Positions 49,198 to 57,256 of a stretch of 64,000 bases of DNA are shown here, piece after piece. The DNA is from Chlamydiota bacterium (GTDB lineage: Bacteria > Chlamydiota > Chlamydiia > Chlamydiales > JAAZZY01): assembly GCA_022601345.1 (NCBI GenBank), contig JAJACU010000038.1, positions 15,162-79,161 of the forward strand, written 5' to 3'. Under the pieces are notes generated by a model, which had not been told where the DNA came from, did no database searches, and was given only the letters and a program-made list of their open reading frames with translations. Position numbers and translations under genes: made by a program. Each line of letters opens with the position of its first letter. The first letter of the stretch is position 1.

Positions 49198-49309
49198 TGT
49201 GGCATATAGTTTAAATGCCCCTTCCTCTCTTAAAGCTAGAGTTAATGTGCCAAATCTTGCAAAAGATTTGCTCAGGTTTCAAAAAGTTCATAGGAAAAAT
49301 CCTAAAACC
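49188..49309 (+). repeat. Direct repeat copy B (~122 bp)
   Basis: Starts in the last codons of the ankyrin gene (TAACCAATAGTGTGGCATATAG) and ends 2 nt before the stop of the convergent 49311..49688 gene. Confidence 0.9.
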
Positions 49310-49310
49310 G

Positions 49311-49688
49311 TTACAAAAGAGCAGCTCCTACAACTGCTGCTGCCTTTAAAGTCGGAATTGCAGCGACAATTACTGGGGCTCCCACAAGAGTAACTGCTGC
49401 CGCAGTTGCTAATGAGCTTCCATAAACAATTTTCTCTTGTAAAGACATCTTCGAAAATCTTTGAGCAGCATCAATAGAAAAACGAGTCACAGTTTCTGAC
49501 ACTTGTTGAAAAGTTAGATTTACATAACACCAATTTCTGCACTTACCAATATTGACTCCAGGGCCCATTTTATTACAGCTCTTGAGACAACTTTGAAGAG
49601 GGGAGTCTGCTTTGGCGCTTGGAATGGTTGCAGCTAATGATAATGCTCCTAATGCTAAAGCTGAATTAACAGAATTTTTTACATGCAT
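49311..49688 (-). CDS. Small secreted/anchored twin-CX3C protein
   Basis: Signal peptide (ALALGALSLAATIPSAKA), SCLKSC-x11-CRNWC motif and an Ala/Val-rich C-terminal hydrophobic tail. Confidence 0.65.
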   Translation of the reverse strand: MHVKNSVNSALALGALSLAATIPSAKADSPLQSCLKSCNKMGPGVNIGKCRNWCYVNLTFQQVSETVTRFSIDAAQRFSKMSLQEKIVYGSSLATAAAVTLVGAPVIVAAIPTLKAAAVVGAALL

Positions 49689-49888
49689 TTGTGATGCTCC
49701 TTTTACGAGGTTGTTAAAAAATATCTCAGATTCCCTACCAGTTTAAGAATTGAGCAAAAAAAAAGCCAAGCACAAAATATAAAAGCAGCACCTGAAAGAA
49801 CTAATTGCCTTCCCAGGGTTAGAATATAGCTTTTAAATAGCAGTGGTTATAGACTTGGACGTAAATTGTTCAAACTATAAGGAAAATT

Positions 49889-51088
49889 ATGAATCATTTA
49901 GCATGTGACGCCCGCTCTACAGGTTGCTCAACCCTTCTTTATTCAGCTCCCATATCAACTAAAAGCAACCTGTCATTTGCAGGCTACGATACAAATTTTA
50001 TATATGAACACTTAGGAAATGCTCTTCGAGATCAGTTTTATTTACCGCTAAAAGCATTGATAGGTAATTCATCAAACATCACTGCTAAAGATGTGAGTTA
50101 TGACATCGCAACACTTCGTTATAGCAAAGCATTCTATAATGCTTTTTCTACTAAAAACTGGGAGAATCTCCCAAGTGTTCCTAATCTTGACGTTAAGGAT
50201 TTACAAAGACTGGCTGGCCAATACCAAGTTTTAGATAAAAATGTGACGCTTGCTTCAGAAAAGAAAACATACACAGTGAAATTACGATTTATTCAAAGTA
50301 ATGACTTTGTGGCCAATGAAATGGGTCATCGCTTAATTCTATATTCGTTCTATGGCAATTTAGAAAAAATTGGCAACCAAGAAACCCAAGATTGGGACCC
50401 TAAAAGCTTAGCAGAAATAAGTCATTTACCTTTAGAAGTCTTAAAGGCTCTTAAAACCCATGAAATAGCGGCTCATTTTTTACATTGCTTCTCACTAGGG
50501 TGCGTTAGCTTAGACTCATTAAAAAACATGAATCCAACCGCTAATTATATCCCCAAAAATTTTATTCTTCAAAATGGTATTGCTTCTATTCGTAAAACAG
50601 CAATGACAGCCCTCCCGGCTATTCCCTTGCTGCCCTCAATCCTTTATGGCTTTGCTAAGTTTTTACACTTAGACGCTAATCCTGAACAATCATTTACCCA
50701 GTATTTTCAGAATATGAACTCAAGATTTGCCAGCAACCGTAATATCTCCATAGTGCAAGCTCAATATGATAACTATTTTTCTGGCAAGGGTGATTATGAT
50801 CCTGGTTTTGTTGATCAGTTAAACAAGACGGGAGCTTTTGTTGAACAAGTTAAATTTTGGGCTCCAGAATCGCACCCACGGGGTCACCATGCGCTACGCC
50901 CAGATGCCCTTATCCCATTTACAAATGCACAACCCCACTCCTCCAATCAGACAAAGAGTTTAGCTCACTATTTTCTTAAGAAACTTACTCCAGGAACGAC
51001 GTTATTTTCTCTCGGTGGTAGTCGGCAAACACTAGATTCATCGGCTTATCAGTGGTTGACAACGCTAGCATTAACATCAAACAAATAA
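49889..51088 (+). CDS. Hypothetical protein, possible alpha/beta-hydrolase fold
   Basis: AAGGA RBS. LILYSFYGN ... HCFSLGC (S-x-G elbow lacking the first Gly) ... GHHALRPD. A chlamydial DUF818-like family is only a guess. Confidence 0.3.
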   Translation: MNHLACDARSTGCSTLLYSAPISTKSNLSFAGYDTNFIYEHLGNALRDQFYLPLKALIGNSSNITAKDVSYDIATLRYSKAFYNAFSTKNWENLPSVPNLDVKDLQRLAGQYQVLDKNVTLASEKKTYTVKLRFIQSNDFVANEMGHRLILYSFYGNLEKIGNQETQDWDPKSLAEISHLPLEVLKALKTHEIAAHFLHCFSLGCVSLDSLKNMNPTANYIPKNFILQNGIASIRKTAMTALPAIPLLPSILYGFAKFLHLDANPEQSFTQYFQNMNSRFASNRNISIVQAQYDNYFSGKGDYDPGFVDQLNKTGAFVEQVKFWAPESHPRGHHALRPDALIPFTNAQPHSSNQTKSLAHYFLKKLTPGTTLFSLGGSRQTLDSSAYQWLTTLALTSNK

Positions 51089-51218
51089 ACTATTTGATGA
51101 CATACAAGGCGAGTTCCTAACAGGGGAGGCATGGCTAGTTAATTTTTGAATATAGTTTCATTTAAAAGTTAGGCAAAGATATAATCGCCTCGGTGGGAAT
51201 ATTGAGTTAGGTAAGTTT

Positions 51219-51983
51219 ATGCGAATAGGGATTATTAGTGCGTTGGAGAGTGAGAACAATCTCTTAGTAAAATACATGGATAACATTTCTTCTACTGAAA
51301 AAGGAAGCAGAAGTTATATTTGTGGAGATCTTTGGGGGCTAAGTACAGTATTGGCAGTTTCCAAAATGGGGAAAGTTGCAGCAGCAATCACTGCGACACA
51401 AATGATCGCAGATTTTCACACAGATTTTATCTTGTTTACTGGTGTAGCTGGAGGAATCCAAAAGAATCTAAAGGTTGGGGATATTGTAGTAGCTAATGCC
51501 CTAGTTCAACATGATATGGATTCTTCTCCACTTTTTCCTAGATATGAGATCCCACTAACAGGCATACGAGAATTTATTCCAGACCAATATATAACTGCTC
51601 AAGTAAAGCAAGCGACAACAAATTTCTTAGATAAAGAACTGCACAATTATATAGAAAAGAATTTGTTGAGAGAGTTTAAAATTAATTCCCCAAAAGTGGT
51701 TGAAGGCATGATTGCAAGCGGTGATTGTTTTATTTCAAGTCAAAGAGAGCGTAATAAGCTTCTTGAAGAACTTCCTGAAATGAGCTGTGTAGAGATGGAA
51801 GGGGCCGCTGTTGCACAGGTTTGTTATGAGTACGATGTTCCTTTTTCAGTTATTCGCACTATTTCAGATGCAGCAAATAAAAAAGCAGCAATAGACTTTG
51901 AGAGGTTTATTTTAAAAGTTGCCAGTGGCTACTCATTAGGAATCATTAAAGAATTATTTAATTGTTTAGATCGAAGTGCTTAA
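51219..51983 (+). CDS. mtnN: 5'-methylthioadenosine/S-adenosylhomocysteine nucleosidase family (possibly aminofutalosine nucleosidase role)
   Basis: MRIGIISALESE, KMGKVAAA, FTGVAGG, VEMEGAAVAQVC and RTISD motifs. Confidence 0.88.
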   Translation: MRIGIISALESENNLLVKYMDNISSTEKGSRSYICGDLWGLSTVLAVSKMGKVAAAITATQMIADFHTDFILFTGVAGGIQKNLKVGDIVVANALVQHDMDSSPLFPRYEIPLTGIREFIPDQYITAQVKQATTNFLDKELHNYIEKNLLREFKINSPKVVEGMIASGDCFISSQRERNKLLEELPEMSCVEMEGAAVAQVCYEYDVPFSVIRTISDAANKKAAIDFERFILKVASGYSLGIIKELFNCLDRSA

Positions 51984-51999
51984 CTTTTATAAGTTTGGT

Positions 52000-52281
52000 T
52001 TAGAATGCCAATTTAAATTCGTCAATTGCATATGAAAAACATTTGTATGCAGCTATTGACATAGCTCCAATCCCCACTAGGGTAGAAGACAAATATGATC
52101 GAGGTAATTCTTTGCAAGAAAACAAATAATTAGATCCATTAAACTTACAATTTGAACGTGCAATAACTTCAAAAGAAATTATTGAATCTAGTAAATAGTT
52201 CACTGCATCCAAAAAATAAGCGAGATATTGCTGATTCTTGCTTACTAGCATTTTTACTTGCTTGATTAAGTATATCTGCAA
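52000..52281 (-). CDS. Small ORF with C-terminal TM helix; may be the frameshifted tail of the upstream ankyrin gene
   Basis: Has only a TTG start (internal ATG at MLVSKNQ). Overlaps 52169..52714 by 113 nt in another frame. Confidence 0.3.
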   Translation of the reverse strand: MQIYLIKQVKMLVSKNQQYLAYFLDAVNYLLDSIISFEVIARSNCKFNGSNYLFSCKELPRSYLSSTLVGIGAMSIAAYKCFSYAIDEFKLAF

Positions 52282-52714
52282 TTTCTTTATGATGAAGCTC
52301 CTCTGCCCACTCTAATGCGTTTTTACAATAATATGAGCCTTTAAGAGAGTTGGCGTTTGCTTCCCAAAGAATTTGAACGATTTCTTTATTTCCCTTAATC
52401 ACAGCTACTACAATCGGAGTATACTCACCAAGCATGTGTCCAGAAAAACCCCCATTATTAGATGTGCAATTAATATTTTCCCCTTGTTCAACAAGCAACT
52501 TAACTTTCTCAGCATCTTCCTTAAGAGTCGCCGCAATTAATTCAGGGTGATGACGGTTTATACCACCAATATGATTTCTAGGATTTGCAGTAGCACATCC
52601 ATGATTTTGGATATTAAAGCTCGAATCTGTCAATGATTTAGTGGTCACAAAACTCTCCATATATAATATGCAATGATCAATTGAATTATAATCTTTTATC
52701 TTATGTAAAGTCAA
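52169..52714 (-). CDS. Ankyrin-repeat protein (short)
   Basis: DAEKVKLLVEQGENINC ... YTPIVVAVIKGNKEIVQILWEANAN ... NALEWAEELHHKEIADIL. Confidence 0.75.
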   Translation of the reverse strand: MTLHKIKDYNSIDHCILYMESFVTTKSLTDSSFNIQNHGCATANPRNHIGGINRHHPELIAATLKEDAEKVKLLVEQGENINCTSNNGGFSGHMLGEYTPIVVAVIKGNKEIVQILWEANANSLKGSYYCKNALEWAEELHHKEIADILNQASKNASKQESAISRLFFGCSELFTRFNNFF

Positions 52715-52909
52715 AGACTCTAGAGCAAAATCTTTTTAGAGGATAAATTTGTTAAGCATCTTATATAGAATAATATAGGGTGTTCTATGCTATTTAAAAA
52801 GCTGAAGCTAGCTCATCTTTATATTATCTTAACAAATTGAGTCCATCGATCACAAGTTGAGCTATGGCAAAACCTTTTTTCTGGAACTTATCCATAAAAT
52901 TCAAAGCTT

Positions 52910-53272
52910 TTAGCTTGCAGTATATACAAAAAGAATTTGATCTCTTGTATTTACCTGCACTTTGTTAATGGTTTGCTCTGAACTGAGATTTCCATTAATT
53001 TTAAATTGCCATCTAGCTGCCGTTGAGTTCGGTGCTACAGGCATACATACGTCGTGGCTGGGCTGAAAAGGTCTAAAAATTTGACCAACGACATTGCCAA
53101 CACCTTCAATATATTGAATAGCAAAATTAAACAACGGGATCGTGCACACGCAGATGTTAATGATGTCTAAAACAGTTGCATTGCTGTTAGGAGAGGATAA
53201 ACTTGAACCACATGATCCTAAAGGGCCACCCCAAGGTGAGAAGTCTGCTTTGAGTGTAACATCAGTGATCAT
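52910..53272 (-). CDS. Orphan hypothetical protein (120 aa)
   Basis: AAGGAG RBS. N-terminal ADFSPWGGPLGSCG is faintly similar to the DFGPPPGGGGLG module of 54832..56088. Confidence 0.55.
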   Translation of the reverse strand: MITDVTLKADFSPWGGPLGSCGSSLSSPNSNATVLDIINICVCTIPLFNFAIQYIEGVGNVVGQIFRPFQPSHDVCMPVAPNSTAARWQFKINGNLSSEQTINKVQVNTRDQILFVYTAS

Positions 53273-53633
53273 AAAAAACTCCTTGTGTACTGTCTAAGTT
53301 GCGTTATTGACCGAACATTTTATCTGAAAAGAGCAATTTATACAAGGCTGCTGCAAAATAAAAAGATGGTTTTAGTAAGTTGTTGCAGAGTTTGTTTTTG
53401 TGATTTACATTACCTTAAGACCACAACTTGACAAAAGGTAGATATGATTTCTGCGCTGTAGCCATTAAAAACTCTTCCAAAAGATTTTTTGAATAATTTA
53501 AAAATTAGCAATCAAGCTTGTGATATGTGTCGTCGGAATTGTTTCAAAGAACATGACCTAGCTGTACAAGCTTCTGTCACGTAGGGTGTGATTTGGCTCA
53601 TTCGACTGGAAAGTTATAATAGTGGTCTTTAAG

Positions 53634-54665
53634 TTAATCAAGGCGCACGCTATGCCCTTGACTATTCAGCCAGTCCGCCATTGCTTGTGTGCCACGTCCC
53701 AGCTCAATGAGTTTAAGCCATAAAAGTTCTTTTCGAGTTGCAGAAAGATATTTTTGCTCTCCTCCAGTTTTTTCGATGCAGGAGGGTAATGGACTCATTG
53801 AGTCGTACGTGTGCGCATGAACAAAATAAATGAATGCATATCGATCCTCACCTAATTTTTTGTTGACAACCCGGTGTTTTACACTTTTGTAATAGCCATT
53901 AGTTAAATTTTCTAGCATGTCTCCTCCATTTACAATGAGCGCATTTTCAGGGACTAAAACATCTATCCATTTTCCTTCTTTAGATAAAACTTGAAGACCC
54001 GGTTGAGATGCTCTGGGTAGAAGAGTAAAAAGAGTAATATCGGTGTGTTCATGCGCCCAAAGCTGCTCTTGAGGGGCATCTTCATAGTAGCGCACGCTTC
54101 TAAGAAGATGATCACCATTTTCTACCCAGCTGCGAAAAAGCACAGGGCTCTCATTTAGCGATTCAGCAATAAGCTCGGCGATGTTGAAGGTTAGTTCATC
54201 AAACATTTCATAGAGCATCGTGAGAACTTCTTTAACGGCAAGATCGTCTGGCCAAAGATTTTCAGGATAGTCTAGTTTCTGTAAATCCTCTATGGGTAAT
54301 TCTCGCCCTGAGTGAAAAAATTCTTTGGGGTCGCGAGCACCGCTCTTTGCCTGCTCAACAAATCCATAGCCGCGCTCTCCGGCATTAGAGGGTTCATATG
54401 TCTTCAGCTTTACATCTAAGCTTTGATCAAAATAGGTTTTCATCTGATCATGAGCTTTTTGAACCTTCTCTTGACAAATGGGGACGTTGGTTAAAGCAAA
54501 AAAGCCCACTTCCTTTAAGGCTTTTTCAAGCGTTTTAAAAAAATTGTGACGCCTCTCAGACTTTTGTAAATCATGCATGTCTAATATAGGAATTGAGCTA
54601 TCAAGCTCTTGATCAAAAGAGTTATTGATAGGGGGGATGTTTGTTGGAAGAATAGATAAATTCAT
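53634..54665 (-). CDS. 2OG-Fe(II) oxygenase (isopenicillin-N-synthase-like)
   Basis: DIOX_N-like IPILDMHDL, H-x-D (HEHTDITLFTLL), distal His (SVKHRVVN) and Arg (DRYAFIYF). Confidence 0.85.
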   Translation of the reverse strand: MNLSILPTNIPPINNSFDQELDSSIPILDMHDLQKSERRHNFFKTLEKALKEVGFFALTNVPICQEKVQKAHDQMKTYFDQSLDVKLKTYEPSNAGERGYGFVEQAKSGARDPKEFFHSGRELPIEDLQKLDYPENLWPDDLAVKEVLTMLYEMFDELTFNIAELIAESLNESPVLFRSWVENGDHLLRSVRYYEDAPQEQLWAHEHTDITLFTLLPRASQPGLQVLSKEGKWIDVLVPENALIVNGGDMLENLTNGYYKSVKHRVVNKKLGEDRYAFIYFVHAHTYDSMSPLPSCIEKTGGEQKYLSATRKELLWLKLIELGRGTQAMADWLNSQGHSVRLD

Positions 54666-54831
54666 GCGAGTCTCAAGTTTAATGTAAGAATCTTTAAAAT
54701 CGTGTCACAAGTGGTTAAAAAAAACAACCGGGTATCTCAATCTGCGGGCAAGAGGCGCGAGTTTAAATGTAAATATTATCAGACTTTAGTTGCAAATTAA
54801 ATTCATATTAAGTTACCAAATGTTATTTCTG

Positions 54832-56088
54832 TTAAATTGAATCAGGCTCTACTTTACTTAATTCATCTAATGCACGCTTACGATCGCAAATTTCAAAGTA
54901 ATGACTGTCAGGAGATTTTCCGCGTTTGCCCTTAGCTGAAAAATCAAACCCTACTAGTTGAAGTGTACTTTTGACGGACTGGTACATTTGATAATGTTCG
55001 TGAAATCTTTCAGCAAGGTTTTCAGCTATTTGATGGGCGATATATTCAAAATGTACTGGTGTTTCACCATCCTGAGTAAATGATTTAAGGGACTGAAAAT
55101 TGGTCAATAGCTTGCAGAGTACGACAGAAGTCAAGTCTCTTGGAGAGTAGAGGTCTTTTAAAAACATGTGTATGGCCGCATGAAAAGAAGATTGCCATTT
55201 CTTGTTACCACTTAGAACACTAAAGCCTTTTTTTGCAAGGTGCTCTATGAGAGCAGGGGTGCTCCAAGCAGCTAAATGCATTGGTGTTTTGCCGCCATCT
55301 AAGCCAAAGAAAGTTCTTTTAACGCAGACATCATAGGTAATTCCAAGGCTATCTAAGTATTGAAGAATGTCTATATGTCCTTCTTTTATAGCAAGGTGTG
55401 CTGGATAATAGCCACGGCTATTGGGTTTTGCGTTAATCCCAAAACCGAAAGAGTGGATAAGTCTTAAAACATCGACTTGATTATTGGCTGCGGCAACATG
55501 AGAAATATCACCTCCTGTTTTATCGCGCCATTTCATGATTTGGAGGCCTCTTTCATGCATTAGGCGAAGAACAGCCACGTGGCCCCCTTGAACCATATCT
55601 TGAATGGGTATTTTCTTAAGTTCAGATACTGTGCAATTGCTAAGCTCCTGAATATTACCGTCATTGGCCCATGCTATCACTTGAAGAGTTCTTTCTGATT
55701 GTCCAAATACAGATGTAAGTGCTCCATAACATTGGATAACCGATTCTACAGGGTGAAAGGGGATGTCCATTTTAGTGCTTGTGAGATCAGAGAAAGTCTT
55801 CGGGTCTAACTTTGTATTTTCAGGCAATTGAAAAAAAAGATGATCCAATACGATATCAAGTAAATTTTTTATTCGATCTGAACAAAGATTTAATAGCGCT
55901 TGAGGTACAACTTGTATTACAAAATGCTGATTGAAATGCGGAGAGTGAACAAATCCTAAACCGCCGCCTCCAGGTGGTGGTCCAAAGTCGCCTCCACCAG
56001 TTAATACTTGGGCTCCGTCCTGCATGAAATCTAATGAAATTGATGAATTGTCATGTTGTATCTGAGTTGTATTGTGTAGCATAACCAT
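54832..56088 (-). CDS. Ankyrin-repeat protein with N-terminal 'PPPGG / SP-FNQ' module
   Basis: Ankyrin repeats (GGHVAVLRLMHERG, ISHVAAANNQVDVLRLIHSFG, YPAHLAIKEGHIDILQYLDSLG, KTPMHLAAW). N-terminus GDFGPPPGGGGLGFVHSPHFNQHFVIQVVP. Confidence 0.85.
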   Translation of the reverse strand: MVMLHNTTQIQHDNSSISLDFMQDGAQVLTGGGDFGPPPGGGGLGFVHSPHFNQHFVIQVVPQALLNLCSDRIKNLLDIVLDHLFFQLPENTKLDPKTFSDLTSTKMDIPFHPVESVIQCYGALTSVFGQSERTLQVIAWANDGNIQELSNCTVSELKKIPIQDMVQGGHVAVLRLMHERGLQIMKWRDKTGGDISHVAAANNQVDVLRLIHSFGFGINAKPNSRGYYPAHLAIKEGHIDILQYLDSLGITYDVCVKRTFFGLDGGKTPMHLAAWSTPALIEHLAKKGFSVLSGNKKWQSSFHAAIHMFLKDLYSPRDLTSVVLCKLLTNFQSLKSFTQDGETPVHFEYIAHQIAENLAERFHEHYQMYQSVKSTLQLVGFDFSAKGKRGKSPDSHYFEICDRKRALDELSKVEPDSI

Positions 56089-56142
56089 AAGTGAATTGGG
56101 TTATAATCATATAAATTGTACGTAGTTTAAACTCGACCTTAA

Positions 56143-56551
56143 AATTTTACAATCATTTTTGTCTTCGTTGCAGTCATGAAATTGAATTCTGAGATAGGAA
56201 CTGTAATCTCTTTTGGCTCTACGGTGAATTTAGCTGCATCTCTTGGAATGCTAGATCAAAAGGTGCTTCTTATTGATTTAGATCCACAAGCCTCTTGTTC
56301 ATTTTGGTATGGAATCAAAAAGCAGGGACAAGGGCTTTTAGAAATGTTTATCAAGGAGAGGGGAGCGCGTGAGGTTGTTCTTAACAAGTAAACATCAAAA
56401 CTTATCTACTATACCTTCATCTCCTGTACTATCTACGGTTAAAAAATCTCTTGCCACAGAGGTTGGAGTTGAATTTATCTCAAGAGATAAGCTGGACAAA
56501 CTCAAAATCGACCACTGGTATTATACCGGCTGCCCAGCAAAAAGGTTGTAA
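56143..56551 (+). pseudogene. ParA/Soj-family ATPase remnant (degenerate Walker A, frameshift, truncated)
   Basis: Frame 1 reads TIIFVFVAVMKLNSEIGTVISFGSTVNLAASLGMLDQKVLLIDLDPQ (compare KGGVGKTT..NLA..L...GKKVLLIDLDPQ). After a stop, frame 2 continues NLSTIPSSPVLS...KLDKLKIDHWYYTGCPAK (compare NL.LIPS...L...YD.IIIDCPP). The C-terminal half is missing. Confidence 0.55.
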
Positions 56552-56648
56552 GAACTAATATGGCAAAATCTGAAAAACCAACTTATAAAGAGGTTTGTTT
56601 GTGCTCCTAAATTACTTATAGCGTTCAGGACACACTAGTAGCCTTTAT

Positions 56649-56933
56649 TTAAGTTAACAGATCTACTCGATGAGAGCTCAAGCTGCCCTCGTTATAAAGT
56701 TTTGCACATTGAATAAGACAACCTGCAGCAGCCTTACCCCATAGAAAACAACTATTCTTACAATTCTCGTAACCATTCTGGTCTAATTTGCTCTGAACAA
56801 TATCAGGGAATACGTACTCGATCGTTTGATGCGCTAGCTCTGATATGGCAGGGAGATTAAACTGAGCTAGGTTTGAAGGGATACAAGAAATTGGTAGTAT
56901 AGTAGGATTTAAATTTGGAGAAACAAAAACCAT
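56649..56933 (-). CDS. Small twin-CX3C protein
   Basis: NCKNSC-x9-CLIQC motif. N-terminus MVFVSPNLNPTILPISCIPSNLAQFNLPAIS. Confidence 0.6.
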   Translation of the reverse strand: MVFVSPNLNPTILPISCIPSNLAQFNLPAISELAHQTIEYVFPDIVQSKLDQNGYENCKNSCFLWGKAAAGCLIQCAKLYNEGSLSSHRVDLLT

Positions 56934-57256
56934 AAAGACCTATCGTGTGTTAAATTTTAAAAACATCTTCAATGAGAGCACAGTCTCTAATAAAAAACAA
57001 TGGACATTATGCTACTACAGGAAGGGTTCCACTAGAAGTTAGGAATTTAAAAGTTGCTGGCGACACTGATATTATTGCTTCTCTTAAATTATTAGGATAG
57101 CCTGGCAGCTCTGTATGGAGTTGTAAATACGTGCGGAGTAAAGAAAGTTGTCTTTCCCGACAAGATTATCAAAGGTGAAAAATTAAAGATCCTCTAGTTT
57201 TTATTTTATAACAATTTATATGTTAACAATATATAAAATTTACTATCATAATTTAC

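Noticed and set aside
49199-49393. 64-aa plus-strand ORF called as a full-length gene
   Set aside because: Only its first ~36 codons lie in the direct repeat and are shared with copy A, where the frame stops after 37 aa. The remainder is antisense to the twin-CX3C gene. It is kept only as a possible small ORF within the repeat finding.
56972-57100. 42-aa plus-strand ORF (MRAQSLIKNNGHYATTGRVPLEVRNLKVAGDTDIIASLKLLG) in the spacer before the BAAT gene
   Set aside because: It has no RBS and no recognisable family, and is below any sensible length threshold. It might be a gene fragment, but the evidence is insufficient.
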